From: Myxococcales bacterium
GTDB taxonomy: Bacteria > Myxococcota > UBA727 > JABDBI01
DNA: 64,000 nucleotides
Direction: 5' to 3'
Assembly: GCA_023248595.1 (NCBI GenBank)
Contig: JAHFEG010000002.1
Location: 51,825-115,824, forward strand
Positions 1 to 9,801 of this stretch are shown piece by piece. The notes beneath the pieces are model-generated. The model made no database searches, was not told the origin of the DNA, and saw only the letters and a program-made list of their open reading frames with translations. Position numbers and translations under genes: made by a program. The number at the start of each line of letters is the position of its first letter. Positions within the stretch are counted from its first letter, which is position 1.

Positions 1-510
1 GTAGAAGATGCCACCCTCGTATGGGAAACACTTCTAAACGTCGGTGCTAAATGGGGCACAGCAGCTTGCGGGCTTGCCGCCAGAGATACATTGCGATTGG
101 AAGCTGGACTATGCCTTTATGGCAATGACATTGACGAGGGCACGACTCCTCTTGAAGCAGGACTCGACTTTGTTGTTAAATTCCATAAATCTGTTCCATT
201 TATTGGCCGGGCAGCGCTCTTGGAACAAAAATTGCATGGCATCTCAAAACGACTTTGCGGTCTTGAGATAAGTGGAAAAGGCATCGCTCGAAACGGCTAC
301 ACCATTCACGCCAAAACAGGCGAACAAATCGGCGTTGTCACCTCTGGGACTTTAACACCCTACCTGAATCGCGCCGTTGCCTTAGGCTACGTCAGTAAAG
401 CTTTTATGAGCATTGGAACAGAAATTGATGTTGATATAAGAGGACGTCTAATTGCTGCACAAATTACGCAATTGCCTTTCTATCGTAAACCCGCAAAGGA
501 GTTATTATGA
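1..510 (+). CDS. gcvT: Glycine cleavage system T protein (aminomethyltransferase), C-terminal part; 5' end lies outside the window
   Basis: Frame-1 translation from nt 1 reads VEDATLVWETLLNVGAKWGTAACGLAARDTLRLEAGLCLYGNDIDEGTTPLEAGLDFVVKF..., which is the conserved GcvT C-terminal region. The stop codon overlaps the gcvH start at 507-510. Confidence 0.85.
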   Translation, partial: VEDATLVWETLLNVGAKWGTAACGLAARDTLRLEAGLCLYGNDIDEGTTPLEAGLDFVVKFHKSVPFIGRAALLEQKLHGISKRLCGLEISGKGIARNGYTIHAKTGEQIGVVTSGTLTPYLNRAVALGYVSKAFMSIGTEIDVDIRGRLIAAQITQLPFYRKPAKELL

Positions 511-905
511 CTGCATTAATACCATCGCACTTAAGATACACGAAAGAACATGAGTGGGCTTGGCTACAAGATGGCAATATTGTGACGGTAGGCATTACTC
601 ATCATGCTCAGCAGCAGTTGGGAGATGTGGTATACTTAGAATTGCCTCAAATCGGAAAAACTATTGAGAAAGACAAGATTTTTGGCACAGTCGAAAGTGT
701 AAAAGCCGTCAGCGATCTGTTTTCTCCGTTGGCTGGCGAAGTTGTTGCTGTCAATGAAGCATTGGTCAATTGCCCTGAAGATATCAACCAAGATCCTTAT
801 GAAAAAGCGTGGATGATTAAAATCTGTATTCAGCAACTTAAACAACTGGATGAATTAATGGACAGCGAAGCCTATGCGCAGTACCTTAGTGAATGTATCA
901 AATAA
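507..905 (+). CDS. gcvH: Glycine cleavage system H protein (lipoyl carrier)
   Basis: 132 aa, with the lipoyl-lysine motif ...GTVESVKAVSDLFSP... and typical GcvH length. It is translationally coupled to gcvT. Confidence 0.9.
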   Translation: MTALIPSHLRYTKEHEWAWLQDGNIVTVGITHHAQQQLGDVVYLELPQIGKTIEKDKIFGTVESVKAVSDLFSPLAGEVVAVNEALVNCPEDINQDPYEKAWMIKICIQQLKQLDELMDSEAYAQYLSECIK

Positions 906-917
906 TTTGGAGATAAC

Positions 918-1289
918 ATGGGATTTCTTGCTCGATGGTTAGTTAATGCTGCTGGTTTTTTTGCTGCAATACTGGTTGTTCCCGGAATTATGACAGCTGC
1001 TCAAAGCAGATGGGATATCATGCTTATTGCCACCGTTGCAGGCCTCGTCAATACTGTGATCAGCCCTATCTTTAAATTTTTCACTTTTCCTTTTGTTTTT
1101 TTAACACTTGGCCTGTGGTTATTGATCGCAAACATGATTATGTTTTGGCTTGCTGGTTATCTGGGTCAAGAAATGGGATTTGGATTTACCGTCAACGGCT
1201 TTTGGGCCACTTTTTTAGGCGCTTTAATTGTAAGTGTTGTCAGCTCAATTTTTGGAGCGCTGCTTTCTAAATCGCCTTCCCGTAATTAA
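918..1289 (+). CDS. Small 4-TM membrane protein, phage-holin-4/DUF360-like
   Basis: 123 aa, almost entirely hydrophobic with four predicted TM segments and an RBS-like GGAGA upstream. It resembles the YvlD/holin-4 family. Confidence 0.45.
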   Translation: MGFLARWLVNAAGFFAAILVVPGIMTAAQSRWDIMLIATVAGLVNTVISPIFKFFTFPFVFLTLGLWLLIANMIMFWLAGYLGQEMGFGFTVNGFWATFLGALIVSVVSSIFGALLSKSPSRN

Positions 1290-1360
1290 GAGTCCAACGC
1301 GTTGCGTAAAATAACTCCTTCTTGCTAATATTTTAGTAAGTCAATTTCTGAGGAAATTTT

Positions 1361-2404
1361 ATGCGACTTTTTTTACTGCTTTCACTGTTCTTTGTTTCCC
1401 TAACTTCCCATTCTGAACCAATTAAAGTGGGCACCATTGGATACCCACCCTACGTCATATGGAAAGATGGTGAAGTCAGCGGATTTAGCGTTGGTTTATG
1501 GAGAATTATCGCTGAACGACTTGAGCTAGAGACACAATTTCAACATTTTGACTACATCAAGCAAGGCTTACAGGCGCTTAAAGATCAGAATGTCGATTTA
1601 TTAATCGGTTCAGTCCGAGTCACCCCCGAACTTGCCCAGGATTTTGCTTTTACTCAGCCCTATCATCGCGTAAAACTTGGCGCGGCTACTTTAAAAAAAT
1701 CGCTTTCCTATTGGCAGCACATCAAGAATATTATTGGCGAAAACTTTTTTTCATATTTCGCCATTTTAATCTTACTCTTTATTTTATTTGCATTTTTTAT
1801 TTGGATTTTCGAGCGCAAGTCAAATAATTCCCAGTTTCGTTCCAACCCTAAAGATGGGATTTTAGAAGGAGCATGGTTTGCTATTTCTACAGTGACGACA
1901 AATGGTTATGCAGACAAGGTTCCTGTTTCTTGGAGAGGTCGGATTTTAGCCACCTGCTGGATAGTCATTGGCGCCCTTATCTATTCATCTATCACCGCGA
2001 GTCTTACCACTTTTTTAACAGCATCAGAAAGCACCAATAAAACCCTTATTGGCGATTCCCTCAATGGCAAAAAAATAATCGTTCCTGATCAAGCCATGGC
2101 AGATTTAATCAATGAAAAATTTAATACGACCCACGAGAAAGCTCACTCGATGGAAAACTCATTTTCTCAGCTGGAAAACGATCGAGTGCATTCCATCATT
2201 GATGACAAAGCGTTATTACGCTATTACATTCAAGACCATGCTGAAACAGAAGCAATTCTCCTTAATACTTCTTTAGAAGGGGAACTTTACGCGTTTCTTT
2301 TCGCCAATTTTGCATCTAAATTCTACACTAAAGTCAACGCAGAGATGATCCGTGCAGTCTCTGATAATAGCCTGGACAGAATTAGGGCAAGATGGATCGA
2401 ATAA
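1361..2404 (+). CDS. Solute-binding-protein fold interrupted by a 2-TM pore module (prokaryotic iGluR/GluR0-like ligand-gated channel)
   Basis: The protein starts with a signal peptide, then SBP_bac_3-like lobe 1 (GTIGYPPY...). A TM helix (FSYFAILILLFILFAFFIWIF) follows, then a pore-loop motif STVTTNGYADKVP (compare the K-channel TVGYGD filter). A second TM (ILATCWIVIGALIYSSITASL) and SBP lobe 2 complete it. Confidence 0.55.
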   Translation: MRLFLLLSLFFVSLTSHSEPIKVGTIGYPPYVIWKDGEVSGFSVGLWRIIAERLELETQFQHFDYIKQGLQALKDQNVDLLIGSVRVTPELAQDFAFTQPYHRVKLGAATLKKSLSYWQHIKNIIGENFFSYFAILILLFILFAFFIWIFERKSNNSQFRSNPKDGILEGAWFAISTVTTNGYADKVPVSWRGRILATCWIVIGALIYSSITASLTTFLTASESTNKTLIGDSLNGKKIIVPDQAMADLINEKFNTTHEKAHSMENSFSQLENDRVHSIIDDKALLRYYIQDHAETEAILLNTSLEGELYAFLFANFASKFYTKVNAEMIRAVSDNSLDRIRARWIE

Positions 2405-2475
2405 TTTCAGCCTCTTGAAACACTAAGATCCAGTGCAATTAATTATCGATGTGATATTTGTCACCGAGGTGATTC

Positions 2476-5400
2476 ATGACTATTCATCTAGGAAAAGGTA
2501 ATTACATCAATGGCCAGTTTATTAATTCTGGCGAAAAAGAAATTATCAGTATCAATCCCGCTTCTTACTTTTCGCCCGTTTTTAAAAGCATAACATCAGT
2601 TGCTCATGTCGACACAGCAGTCAAATCTGCAAACCTTGCGCTGCGGTATTGGTCTTCTTTAGACACAAATGATCGCATCAGCTTTTTAATGCGCCTCAAA
2701 GAAGCTTTCGTCAAAAAAGAAAAACAGATGGCCCATGCGATTACCAGCGAAATGGGCAAAATTTTAAGTGAAAGTTTATCGGAAGCAAAAAATTTAAGTG
2801 CACGCATCGAGCTTATGGCTAACCAAGGTATCAAGCGTGTTGCAAACGAAAAACCACCGGGTATTTTAGGGGAAACACGCTACCACGCTCAAGGTGTCCT
2901 CTCTATTTTAGGACCTTATAATTTTCCTGCCCATCTTGTGAATGCCCATGTCATTCCAGCGCTGATAACCGGCAATACCGTCGTCGTTAAATTTAGCGAG
3001 ATTTGCCCATGGGTGGGAGAAATTTATGCTGAATGCATCCATGAAGCCAATTTTCCTGCTGGTGTTTTTAATTTGGTACAAGGTGGAGCAGATATTGGTA
3101 AAGCTTTAGCGAAACATCCTTTAATTCGTGGCATTTTATTTACAGGAAGTTACGCCACAGGTCGTTCTTTAGCCGAATCTGTCCTCGATGAACCACATAA
3201 AATTTTAGCTTTAGAAATGGGTGGCAAAAACATTGCCGTGGTTTTAAAAGATGCCGACCTCTACCAAGCTCTAGCAGAAATTAGCCAAGGCGCTTTTTTA
3301 ACAACTGGCCAACGATGCACAGCAACCAGCCATGTTCTGGTAGATAAAACCATCGCTAGTCGCTTTATTAATTCTCTCGTTGCCATCACCAAAAGTTTAA
3401 AACCCGGCGACCCAACACATGCAAAAACTATTTTTGGTCCCCTGGCAAGCCAAGAAGCCAGAAATCGGTTCAGTGGTCTTTTAAAAAATGCGACTACTTC
3501 TTGTGAAGTTTTAGTAAAAAGCCAAATGTTCGATGGGGGCGCTTTTGTTACCCCATCTCTTCACCTATTAAACGCTAAAAAAGCGCCTGGCTACCTCGAT
3601 ACCGAGCTTTTTGGACCAGACGTCTGCATTGAAATCATCGACGGCATTGAAGAGGCCATTGAGCGTACCAACCAAAGTGCGTATGGTTTATCCAATGCTG
3701 TTTTTACTGCAAAAAAATCGGCATTTGAACAATATTACCAACAAACACGCTCTGGTGTTTTAAATTGGAACAGAAGCACCAATGGCGCCTATGGAGAACA
3801 GCCATTTGGTGGCGTGGGTAAAAGTGGAAACCAGCGCGCAGCTGGCATCGACGCTGTTCGCTATACGACCTTTCCTGTCGCTGTAAACTATTTAGAATAT
3901 GGCCAAACGCAGTTACCTTTCAACATGGTCACTTTACTCGAAAAAGAAAAAAAGAACCTTGATATTCCTTTCTCAACACTAGTCACACGTCATGCCCTAG
4001 AAGAAATGTTGGAAAATTATCAGATTCCTATCGAAGACGTGCGTGGCGCATCCATATTGCTACCATTGCATTTCATCAAAAAGCTTTCTTTTCAAAATAA
4101 ACCAATTGATGAAATACATCTTATCGAATCATTGAAACCTTACGTTAGCCTAGAAGAAAAAAATTGGATCATTACCCTTCCTGAAGCAGAATATCTAAAC
4201 ATATTTTTAGATATCATGGATGCTTTTTTAAAAAAGTTACATAATGAAAATTTCGTCCATTTAATTCAACCTATTGCCTCTGAAATTCATATCCCAACTT
4301 CTGAAAAATTGCCGCGTTCAGCAGCAATGCTCCGTCGGCTTTATCGCAATGATTTTTTGCCCAAGGAAAAGAAAAATCCTGTTATCGACCTACGTACTTC
4401 GAAGGGCCCTTATCTAGCATCTATCGATGAGGATCCGCTGGTGATTTTTGATGCAGCCAGCCAAATTGCTTCACTGGGATTAGGCTTTCAAGCAGATCCC
4501 TATCTCAAAGCGCTAACCGAAGACAACTTAACAGCATGCCTGTTAGCCAATCAAGAAGACACGCCAGAATCTAAAATATGGATTGAAAAATATTCTCAAT
4601 TGTTGTTGCAACAAACTAGCCCAAAAATGAGCCATGTCAATTTCACGTCTGCAGGCGCAGAAGCAAATGAAAAAGCATTTGATCTTTGCCGGCTAAACGG
4701 ACCTGGTGGACGCCGAATCATTGCTTTTCAAGGTAGTTTTCATGGCCGTACATTGATGGCCTTGCAGGCAACTTATAATCCCCAAAAGCGGGCTCAGTTT
4801 GAGTTCACAGGTCACCAAGCCACCTTCATTCCCTTTCCCAAACGCCCAAATTTTGAAGAGGATCCTGAAATCACCGACGAATGGGTTGCTTGCTGGTCAA
4901 GGGCTGAGAGCCCTTACGTGCCACCTGATGACCTGTTGCTGCGATCTGAAATTCAGTCTCTCGAATGCCTTAAAAGCGAAATTGAAAAAGGAAACATTTG
5001 TGCTGTCATCATTGAACCCATGCAATGTGAAGGCGGTGACAATTATGCCACAGCTCGTTTTTTTAATGGCCTTCGTGCTTTGACGCGTGCCCTTCAAGTA
5101 CCGCTCATTTTTGACGAGGTCCAAACAGGGTTTGGCCTGCTTGGTCCTTTTTATGCTCATAGCGCATTTAAACTGCGCGATGCTCATGGCAACTTAGACG
5201 GACCCGACTGCATAACGCTTGCAAAAAAAGCACAACTCGGCGTCTGTTTATCAAATTGGCCAGATACCAGACCTGCGACAGCACATATTTCACAAATTAT
5301 GAGAGGATATTTGCAAGCCCAAGCGATACTGGACAGAAAATTGTTTTCACCTCATCTGAAGACAGAGATAGAAAAAAAAATCGGAATTTTAAAACAGAAA

Positions 5401-7428
5401 TTTCCTAGCTTTGTTTTTAATTTACGCCATCAGGCATATGCTTTTGCCTTTGATCTTCCATCTCACAATCATGCCATGCAACTCGTCAACCAACGCTTCT
5501 ATCGTGGTTTCATGGTTTATATTGCTGGTGAAAAGACCGTGCGTTTTCGTTTTAATCTGTCAACAACAATCAAAGAATTAAACGTCTTTTTTGAAAACCT
5601 AAGTCAAGCTTTGCATTTTTTAAGTGACCACCAAAATGAGACTGCTCCCAATTGGATAGTGCCTTCACCAAAGCCCCTAGTAAAAACATTTTCAATTGAA
5701 GAACAAACAAACGAAGACCTGTTTACGATTGAAGTTTTGACACAGGATTTATGGTCTTCCTACCAAGATCAAATCAAAAATTTAGAAGACGCGACTTATG
5801 AACTAAATCGTCGCGATTCAATGAATTTTTTACATGAATTTATTGCGCAAAAAGATGGGCTTGGTCTGATACTCACGCAACAATCCACAGAAGGTAATCG
5901 AATTTTAGGCTTTGCCATTGGCGGACCACTTGAACACAGCCAAATAGATGGGCCTTGGCAAGATAAAATGAGAGATCACTGTAATACTTTTTATTCTGCT
6001 AATATTGTCGTCAGTCAAGAATTGCGAAAGCAAGGTTTTGGATTCAAATTAAAATCTGCGCAAATTCACCACGTGCGATCCATGAAAAAACCAGATGGTG
6101 CTTATCGCTATGATTTTATGACAGGTCGCAATCGTGTCGGTTTCACACCGGAGATTAGCCGTATTAATCAATTTTTTGGTGCGCAGACTGTCGATATTTA
6201 CCATCGTCAGTATGGTGAGGCTAACGCTGAAGCGCTTTATTATCGAATCCCTTTAAGAAAGCCTCAGCTCGTCTGCATCAAAGGCACAGATTCAAGTTCT
6301 CCTCAAATCATCGATTGGTCTGCTTCTATTCAAGCACCCTTAGGGTCCTGTTCTCCAGAAATACTAAAAGAGATTATAAATGGCGCTTTTACCTCGGTAG
6401 TCGGCACCAAACTCACACTCTCCAATTGGGTTACACCTAGCATTGTTCGCTATACTGAGCTTCTAAGGCAGCTCGCGCCGAATTCTTGTCAACATGCCTA
6501 TTTTACATCTGGTCGAGACGAAGTTGTCGATAAAGGCCTTCGAGCATTAAGAGTCCACAGGCCTGCTGGCGATGTCGTGATTGGATTACAGCGCCAGTAT
6601 GTTGGACATACCACTGCTGCAGCGAGAAGTTTAAGTGATGAAAATAATTACCAAAGTCCTTTTGCCTGGTTTGATTGGCCAAAAGTTCAACATCCAGTTG
6701 AAACGAGCGACGAGACAAGCTTAGCAGAAATCAGAAGCCAAATCAGTCATTATTCCTCAGAACGGATCTTGGGAATCGCCGTTGAGCTCATTGGAGAAAA
6801 AAGTGGCTACGTTGTTTCAAATAATTTTTTAGATGGCTTAAATCAAATTCGGCAAGAAACGTCTATTCCATTGATTTTTGTTGAAACAGCCTCGGCCTTA
6901 GGTCGAAGCGGTAGCACAATTTTTAAAAGCGACAGCCTCATGGTTAAACCTAACATGGTTTGGTGGTATGCTGGTGCTCAACTGGGACATGTATTCGTCG
7001 ATCATGACTACTACGTATCCACACCGCTCACACTTATTTCTACCTGGGATGGTGATGAAATATCAATGAAGCGTACCTATCAACATTTGCGCGTTGCTCA
7101 TGAATGTCTCAAAACCAAACATGCTGCTTACTTCGAAAATCTACTTTCCCAAATGGATTGGTCTTGGCGACGACATGGCCAAGGACTATGGCATGTACTT
7201 ACCATGAAAAATCAAGAACAATGTCAAGAAGTCTTAAAAAAGGCCGCTGCTCTCGGTTTACAATTAGGCAAAAGCGGCAATCATCGTATTGTCATTAATC
7301 CTCCTATTAATGTATCTAAAGAAGAAATGCATCGTGGACTTGAGATTTTCAACCATGCAATATCCCAAACCTCCTATACTCGAACTAGACAGCACACACC
7401 CTCGCCTCTGTGGACAGATTCATGGTGA
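2476..7428 (+). CDS. 1650-aa multidomain enzyme: AstD-like aldehyde dehydrogenase, class-III PLP aminotransferase, GNAT N-acetyltransferase, and a second aminotransferase-like fold without the Schiff-base Lys
   Basis: Aldehyde dehydrogenase motifs: GPYNFPAHLVNAHVIPALITGNTVVVK, LEMGGKN and the catalytic Cys in GQRCTATSH. Aminotransferase 1: AGAEANEKAF, IIAFQGSFHGRTL, LIFDEVQTGFG and the Lys in TLAKKAQLG. GNAT motif A: ELRKQGFGFKL. Second aminotransferase-like fold: LIFVETASALGRSGS, with AGAQLG where the PLP-Lys is expected. Confidence 0.7.
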   Translation: MTIHLGKGNYINGQFINSGEKEIISINPASYFSPVFKSITSVAHVDTAVKSANLALRYWSSLDTNDRISFLMRLKEAFVKKEKQMAHAITSEMGKILSESLSEAKNLSARIELMANQGIKRVANEKPPGILGETRYHAQGVLSILGPYNFPAHLVNAHVIPALITGNTVVVKFSEICPWVGEIYAECIHEANFPAGVFNLVQGGADIGKALAKHPLIRGILFTGSYATGRSLAESVLDEPHKILALEMGGKNIAVVLKDADLYQALAEISQGAFLTTGQRCTATSHVLVDKTIASRFINSLVAITKSLKPGDPTHAKTIFGPLASQEARNRFSGLLKNATTSCEVLVKSQMFDGGAFVTPSLHLLNAKKAPGYLDTELFGPDVCIEIIDGIEEAIERTNQSAYGLSNAVFTAKKSAFEQYYQQTRSGVLNWNRSTNGAYGEQPFGGVGKSGNQRAAGIDAVRYTTFPVAVNYLEYGQTQLPFNMVTLLEKEKKNLDIPFSTLVTRHALEEMLENYQIPIEDVRGASILLPLHFIKKLSFQNKPIDEIHLIESLKPYVSLEEKNWIITLPEAEYLNIFLDIMDAFLKKLHNENFVHLIQPIASEIHIPTSEKLPRSAAMLRRLYRNDFLPKEKKNPVIDLRTSKGPYLASIDEDPLVIFDAASQIASLGLGFQADPYLKALTEDNLTACLLANQEDTPESKIWIEKYSQLLLQQTSPKMSHVNFTSAGAEANEKAFDLCRLNGPGGRRIIAFQGSFHGRTLMALQATYNPQKRAQFEFTGHQATFIPFPKRPNFEEDPEITDEWVACWSRAESPYVPPDDLLLRSEIQSLECLKSEIEKGNICAVIIEPMQCEGGDNYATARFFNGLRALTRALQVPLIFDEVQTGFGLLGPFYAHSAFKLRDAHGNLDGPDCITLAKKAQLGVCLSNWPDTRPATAHISQIMRGYLQAQAILDRKLFSPHLKTEIEKKIGILKQKFPSFVFNLRHQAYAFAFDLPSHNHAMQLVNQRFYRGFMVYIAGEKTVRFRFNLSTTIKELNVFFENLSQALHFLSDHQNETAPNWIVPSPKPLVKTFSIEEQTNEDLFTIEVLTQDLWSSYQDQIKNLEDATYELNRRDSMNFLHEFIAQKDGLGLILTQQSTEGNRILGFAIGGPLEHSQIDGPWQDKMRDHCNTFYSANIVVSQELRKQGFGFKLKSAQIHHVRSMKKPDGAYRYDFMTGRNRVGFTPEISRINQFFGAQTVDIYHRQYGEANAEALYYRIPLRKPQLVCIKGTDSSSPQIIDWSASIQAPLGSCSPEILKEIINGAFTSVVGTKLTLSNWVTPSIVRYTELLRQLAPNSCQHAYFTSGRDEVVDKGLRALRVHRPAGDVVIGLQRQYVGHTTAAARSLSDENNYQSPFAWFDWPKVQHPVETSDETSLAEIRSQISHYSSERILGIAVELIGEKSGYVVSNNFLDGLNQIRQETSIPLIFVETASALGRSGSTIFKSDSLMVKPNMVWWYAGAQLGHVFVDHDYYVSTPLTLISTWDGDEISMKRTYQHLRVAHECLKTKHAAYFENLLSQMDWSWRRHGQGLWHVLTMKNQEQCQEVLKKAAALGLQLGKSGNHRIVINPPINVSKEEMHRGLEIFNHAISQTSYTRTRQHTPSPLWTDSW

Positions 7429-8419
7429 ATCGCTACGCAATCAGGTACGAACCATGGCACAGATTCGCCTTGATCTCACGTGTCAAGAAACCGCCTTTTT
7501 TTCCAAAGAACAAGTTCTGAAAATTGCCAGGGCCCATCTGCCTATCTTAAAGAATTTTGATGAAGATCTTTATTTGGAATTGTTAGGTATTGCAGAAGGA
7601 AGTCGGCTTACTCCCGAAGAGATTGTGGTCCTTAATCACTACACAGACCTTCGCGATTTAAATCCAAGCAATAATCATCCCGATAGTGATGACACAAAAG
7701 GTTGTTCCGTTATTTATACCAAAGCACCAAGCGGTCCTTTGCTTGGACAAACTTGGGATATCGACAGCTCTGCAATCAATCATGTGGTGATTTTAAAAAT
7801 AAAAAATATTGAAAATAGCACATTGCTCTTCAGCTGCGCAGGCTGTCTGGGCATGACAGGGATGAATACAAATGCTGTAGGAATTTGTATCAACAATCTA
7901 AACAGCACCGATGCGCAAATTGGAATCCTCTGGCCTGCCCTTGTCCGAAAAGTCCTCAAACAATCAAGTGCTCAATTGGGACGCGATCTGATTTTAAGAG
8001 CCCCGCTTGGTTCTGGTCATCACTATTGCGTTGCAGATACAAAAGATTTTTTTGGTATTGAAACCAGCGGAACCAAAAAGAAAATAACCCAACAGGGAAG
8101 TCAAAAAACACATTTCCATACCAATCATTGTCTTGATGAAGAGATGAAATTAACCCACACCGTCAAATCCACCTCCACGACGTTTTCACGCTACCAAGAA
8201 CTGGAACACCGACTCCCTCATACAACTCTTTCTTCCGCGGAAGATATCTATGAACTCCTAGGCCATGTATCGATTGCTCCAAAACCAGAAACGACTGGCA
8301 CTGCAACCTGCGGCGCGCTCGTCATGGATTTAAAAGCACAAACAGCCCTGGCCTGCATGGGACCACCTTCTCAAAATATTTTTAATAATCTACCTCTGCA
8401 TTTGAGTTTAGCGAGATGA
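7355..8419 (+). CDS. Peptidase C45 / acyl-CoA:6-APA acyltransferase-like Ntn hydrolase
   Basis: N-terminal ...LELDSTHPRLCGQIHGESL... is followed by a Gly-Cys self-processing site (DTKGCSVIYTK) typical of C45 Ntn hydrolases. The start is uncertain: the ORF begins at 7289 in another frame and overlaps the upstream gene. 7355 is the first Met preceding the conserved region. Confidence 0.5.
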   Translation: MQYPKPPILELDSTHPRLCGQIHGESLRNQVRTMAQIRLDLTCQETAFFSKEQVLKIARAHLPILKNFDEDLYLELLGIAEGSRLTPEEIVVLNHYTDLRDLNPSNNHPDSDDTKGCSVIYTKAPSGPLLGQTWDIDSSAINHVVILKIKNIENSTLLFSCAGCLGMTGMNTNAVGICINNLNSTDAQIGILWPALVRKVLKQSSAQLGRDLILRAPLGSGHHYCVADTKDFFGIETSGTKKKITQQGSQKTHFHTNHCLDEEMKLTHTVKSTSTTFSRYQELEHRLPHTTLSSAEDIYELLGHVSIAPKPETTGTATCGALVMDLKAQTALACMGPPSQNIFNNLPLHLSLAR

Positions 8420-9753
8420 ATTTAAACAACCCTCCTGCCTTAGATTCACCGTTAGAAAGACAGCGAAAACATGTCTTTTTTCCGTGGTCAAAACAAAATT
8501 CGGCCAAGCCTTTTCATATTATCGAAGCGAAAGGTGTTCATCTTACTTTATTAGATGGTTCGCAAGTTTTAGATTTTAATAGTTCTGTCTTTAATGCCAA
8601 TTTGGGACATCAACATCCAGGCATGCAAACCGCCATGATAGAAGCTGCCAAACATGCTTGCGTCACCCACCCTGCCCTTATTCACGAAGAAAAAATCAAA
8701 CTAGGCGAAAATCTCGCACGTATTACTCCCGGTAAACCCTACGAAGGGCTCGTCAAAAGTTTTTTTTGCTTAGGCGGTGCTGAAGCCAATGAAAATGCCA
8801 TTAAAATGGCTCGACTCGTTACAGGTCGTCAGAAAATCGTCACACGATATCGCAGCTACCACGGTGCAACTTTAGCAATGATTGGTTACAGTGGCGATTA
8901 CAGACGCATTCCCTTCGATGGAACAGTTAACGGTGTCATTCGCATACCAGATCCTTATCCTCGTGGATCAGGACAAAGCATCGACACCATTCGTTTGCTC
9001 GAAGAGATTTTAGAAATTGAAGGCCCAGAGACTGTTGCCTGTATCCTTTTAGAAGGCGTCACTGGGGCCAATGGTGTCTTTATCCCTCCGCCAGATTACT
9101 GGACACGTATTCGACAAATTTGCGATAAATACGGAATTATTCTCATTGCCGATGAAGTTATGTCTGGATTTGGTCGAACTGGAAAATGGTTTGGCATTGA
9201 TCACTTTGGAGTCGAACCAGATATCATGACCATGGCCAAAGGTCTCACGGCAGGCTATGCACCATTGGGCGCCGTCATCGTCACAGACAAAATTGCGCAG
9301 CATTTCGAAAATGAAACATTGTGGTGCGGCCTAACCAATTATGGCCATCCCTTTTCATGTGCCATCGCTAACGCCGCTATTTCAATATATGAACAAGAAA
9401 ATTGGATCGACAATGCCGCCAAACGGGGCGACGAGCTAGCGCAATTATTGCAAGCACTCAAAAATAATAATGCCTACGTCGCCGAAGTTCGTTCTATTGG
9501 CCTTTTGGCCGCTATCGATTTGCGTAAAGGTCCTCATGATGAAAGACCTTATGTATCTTATCGAGCCCAAGGTGAAGAAGCTGAAAAAGCGCAAGCACTA
9601 CAAAGTGCTTTGCTGAGCGCCGGTGTCTATTGCACTGTTCGTTTTGGAACATTGATTCTTGCTCCACCTCTTTGCGTCACGGCTGAAGAATTAAAGCAGG
9701 GAATAGATATCATTTCTTCTGTTCTTGGTAAAATCCTATCCTCTAACGCTTAA
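8416..9753 (+). CDS. Class-III PLP-dependent aminotransferase
   Basis: Motifs LGGAEANENAIKMAR, YRSYHGATLA, LIADEVMSGFGRTGKWFG and TMAKGLTAGY (the Schiff-base Lys). An ATGA overlap couples it to the upstream gene. Confidence 0.8.
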   Translation: MNLNNPPALDSPLERQRKHVFFPWSKQNSAKPFHIIEAKGVHLTLLDGSQVLDFNSSVFNANLGHQHPGMQTAMIEAAKHACVTHPALIHEEKIKLGENLARITPGKPYEGLVKSFFCLGGAEANENAIKMARLVTGRQKIVTRYRSYHGATLAMIGYSGDYRRIPFDGTVNGVIRIPDPYPRGSGQSIDTIRLLEEILEIEGPETVACILLEGVTGANGVFIPPPDYWTRIRQICDKYGIILIADEVMSGFGRTGKWFGIDHFGVEPDIMTMAKGLTAGYAPLGAVIVTDKIAQHFENETLWCGLTNYGHPFSCAIANAAISIYEQENWIDNAAKRGDELAQLLQALKNNNAYVAEVRSIGLLAAIDLRKGPHDERPYVSYRAQGEEAEKAQALQSALLSAGVYCTVRFGTLILAPPLCVTAEELKQGIDIISSVLGKILSSNA

Positions 9754-9801
9754 GTGCATTTTATGGAAGTAAAGTAGCTTCATAATCGTTATGCTTTACG
9801 T

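Noticed and set aside
636-845. Short antisense ORFs inside gcvH, the giant fusion gene (2604-2834, 4897-5187, 6503-6718) and similar
   Set aside because: They are embedded in confidently assigned genes on the opposite strand, have no RBS, and are short.
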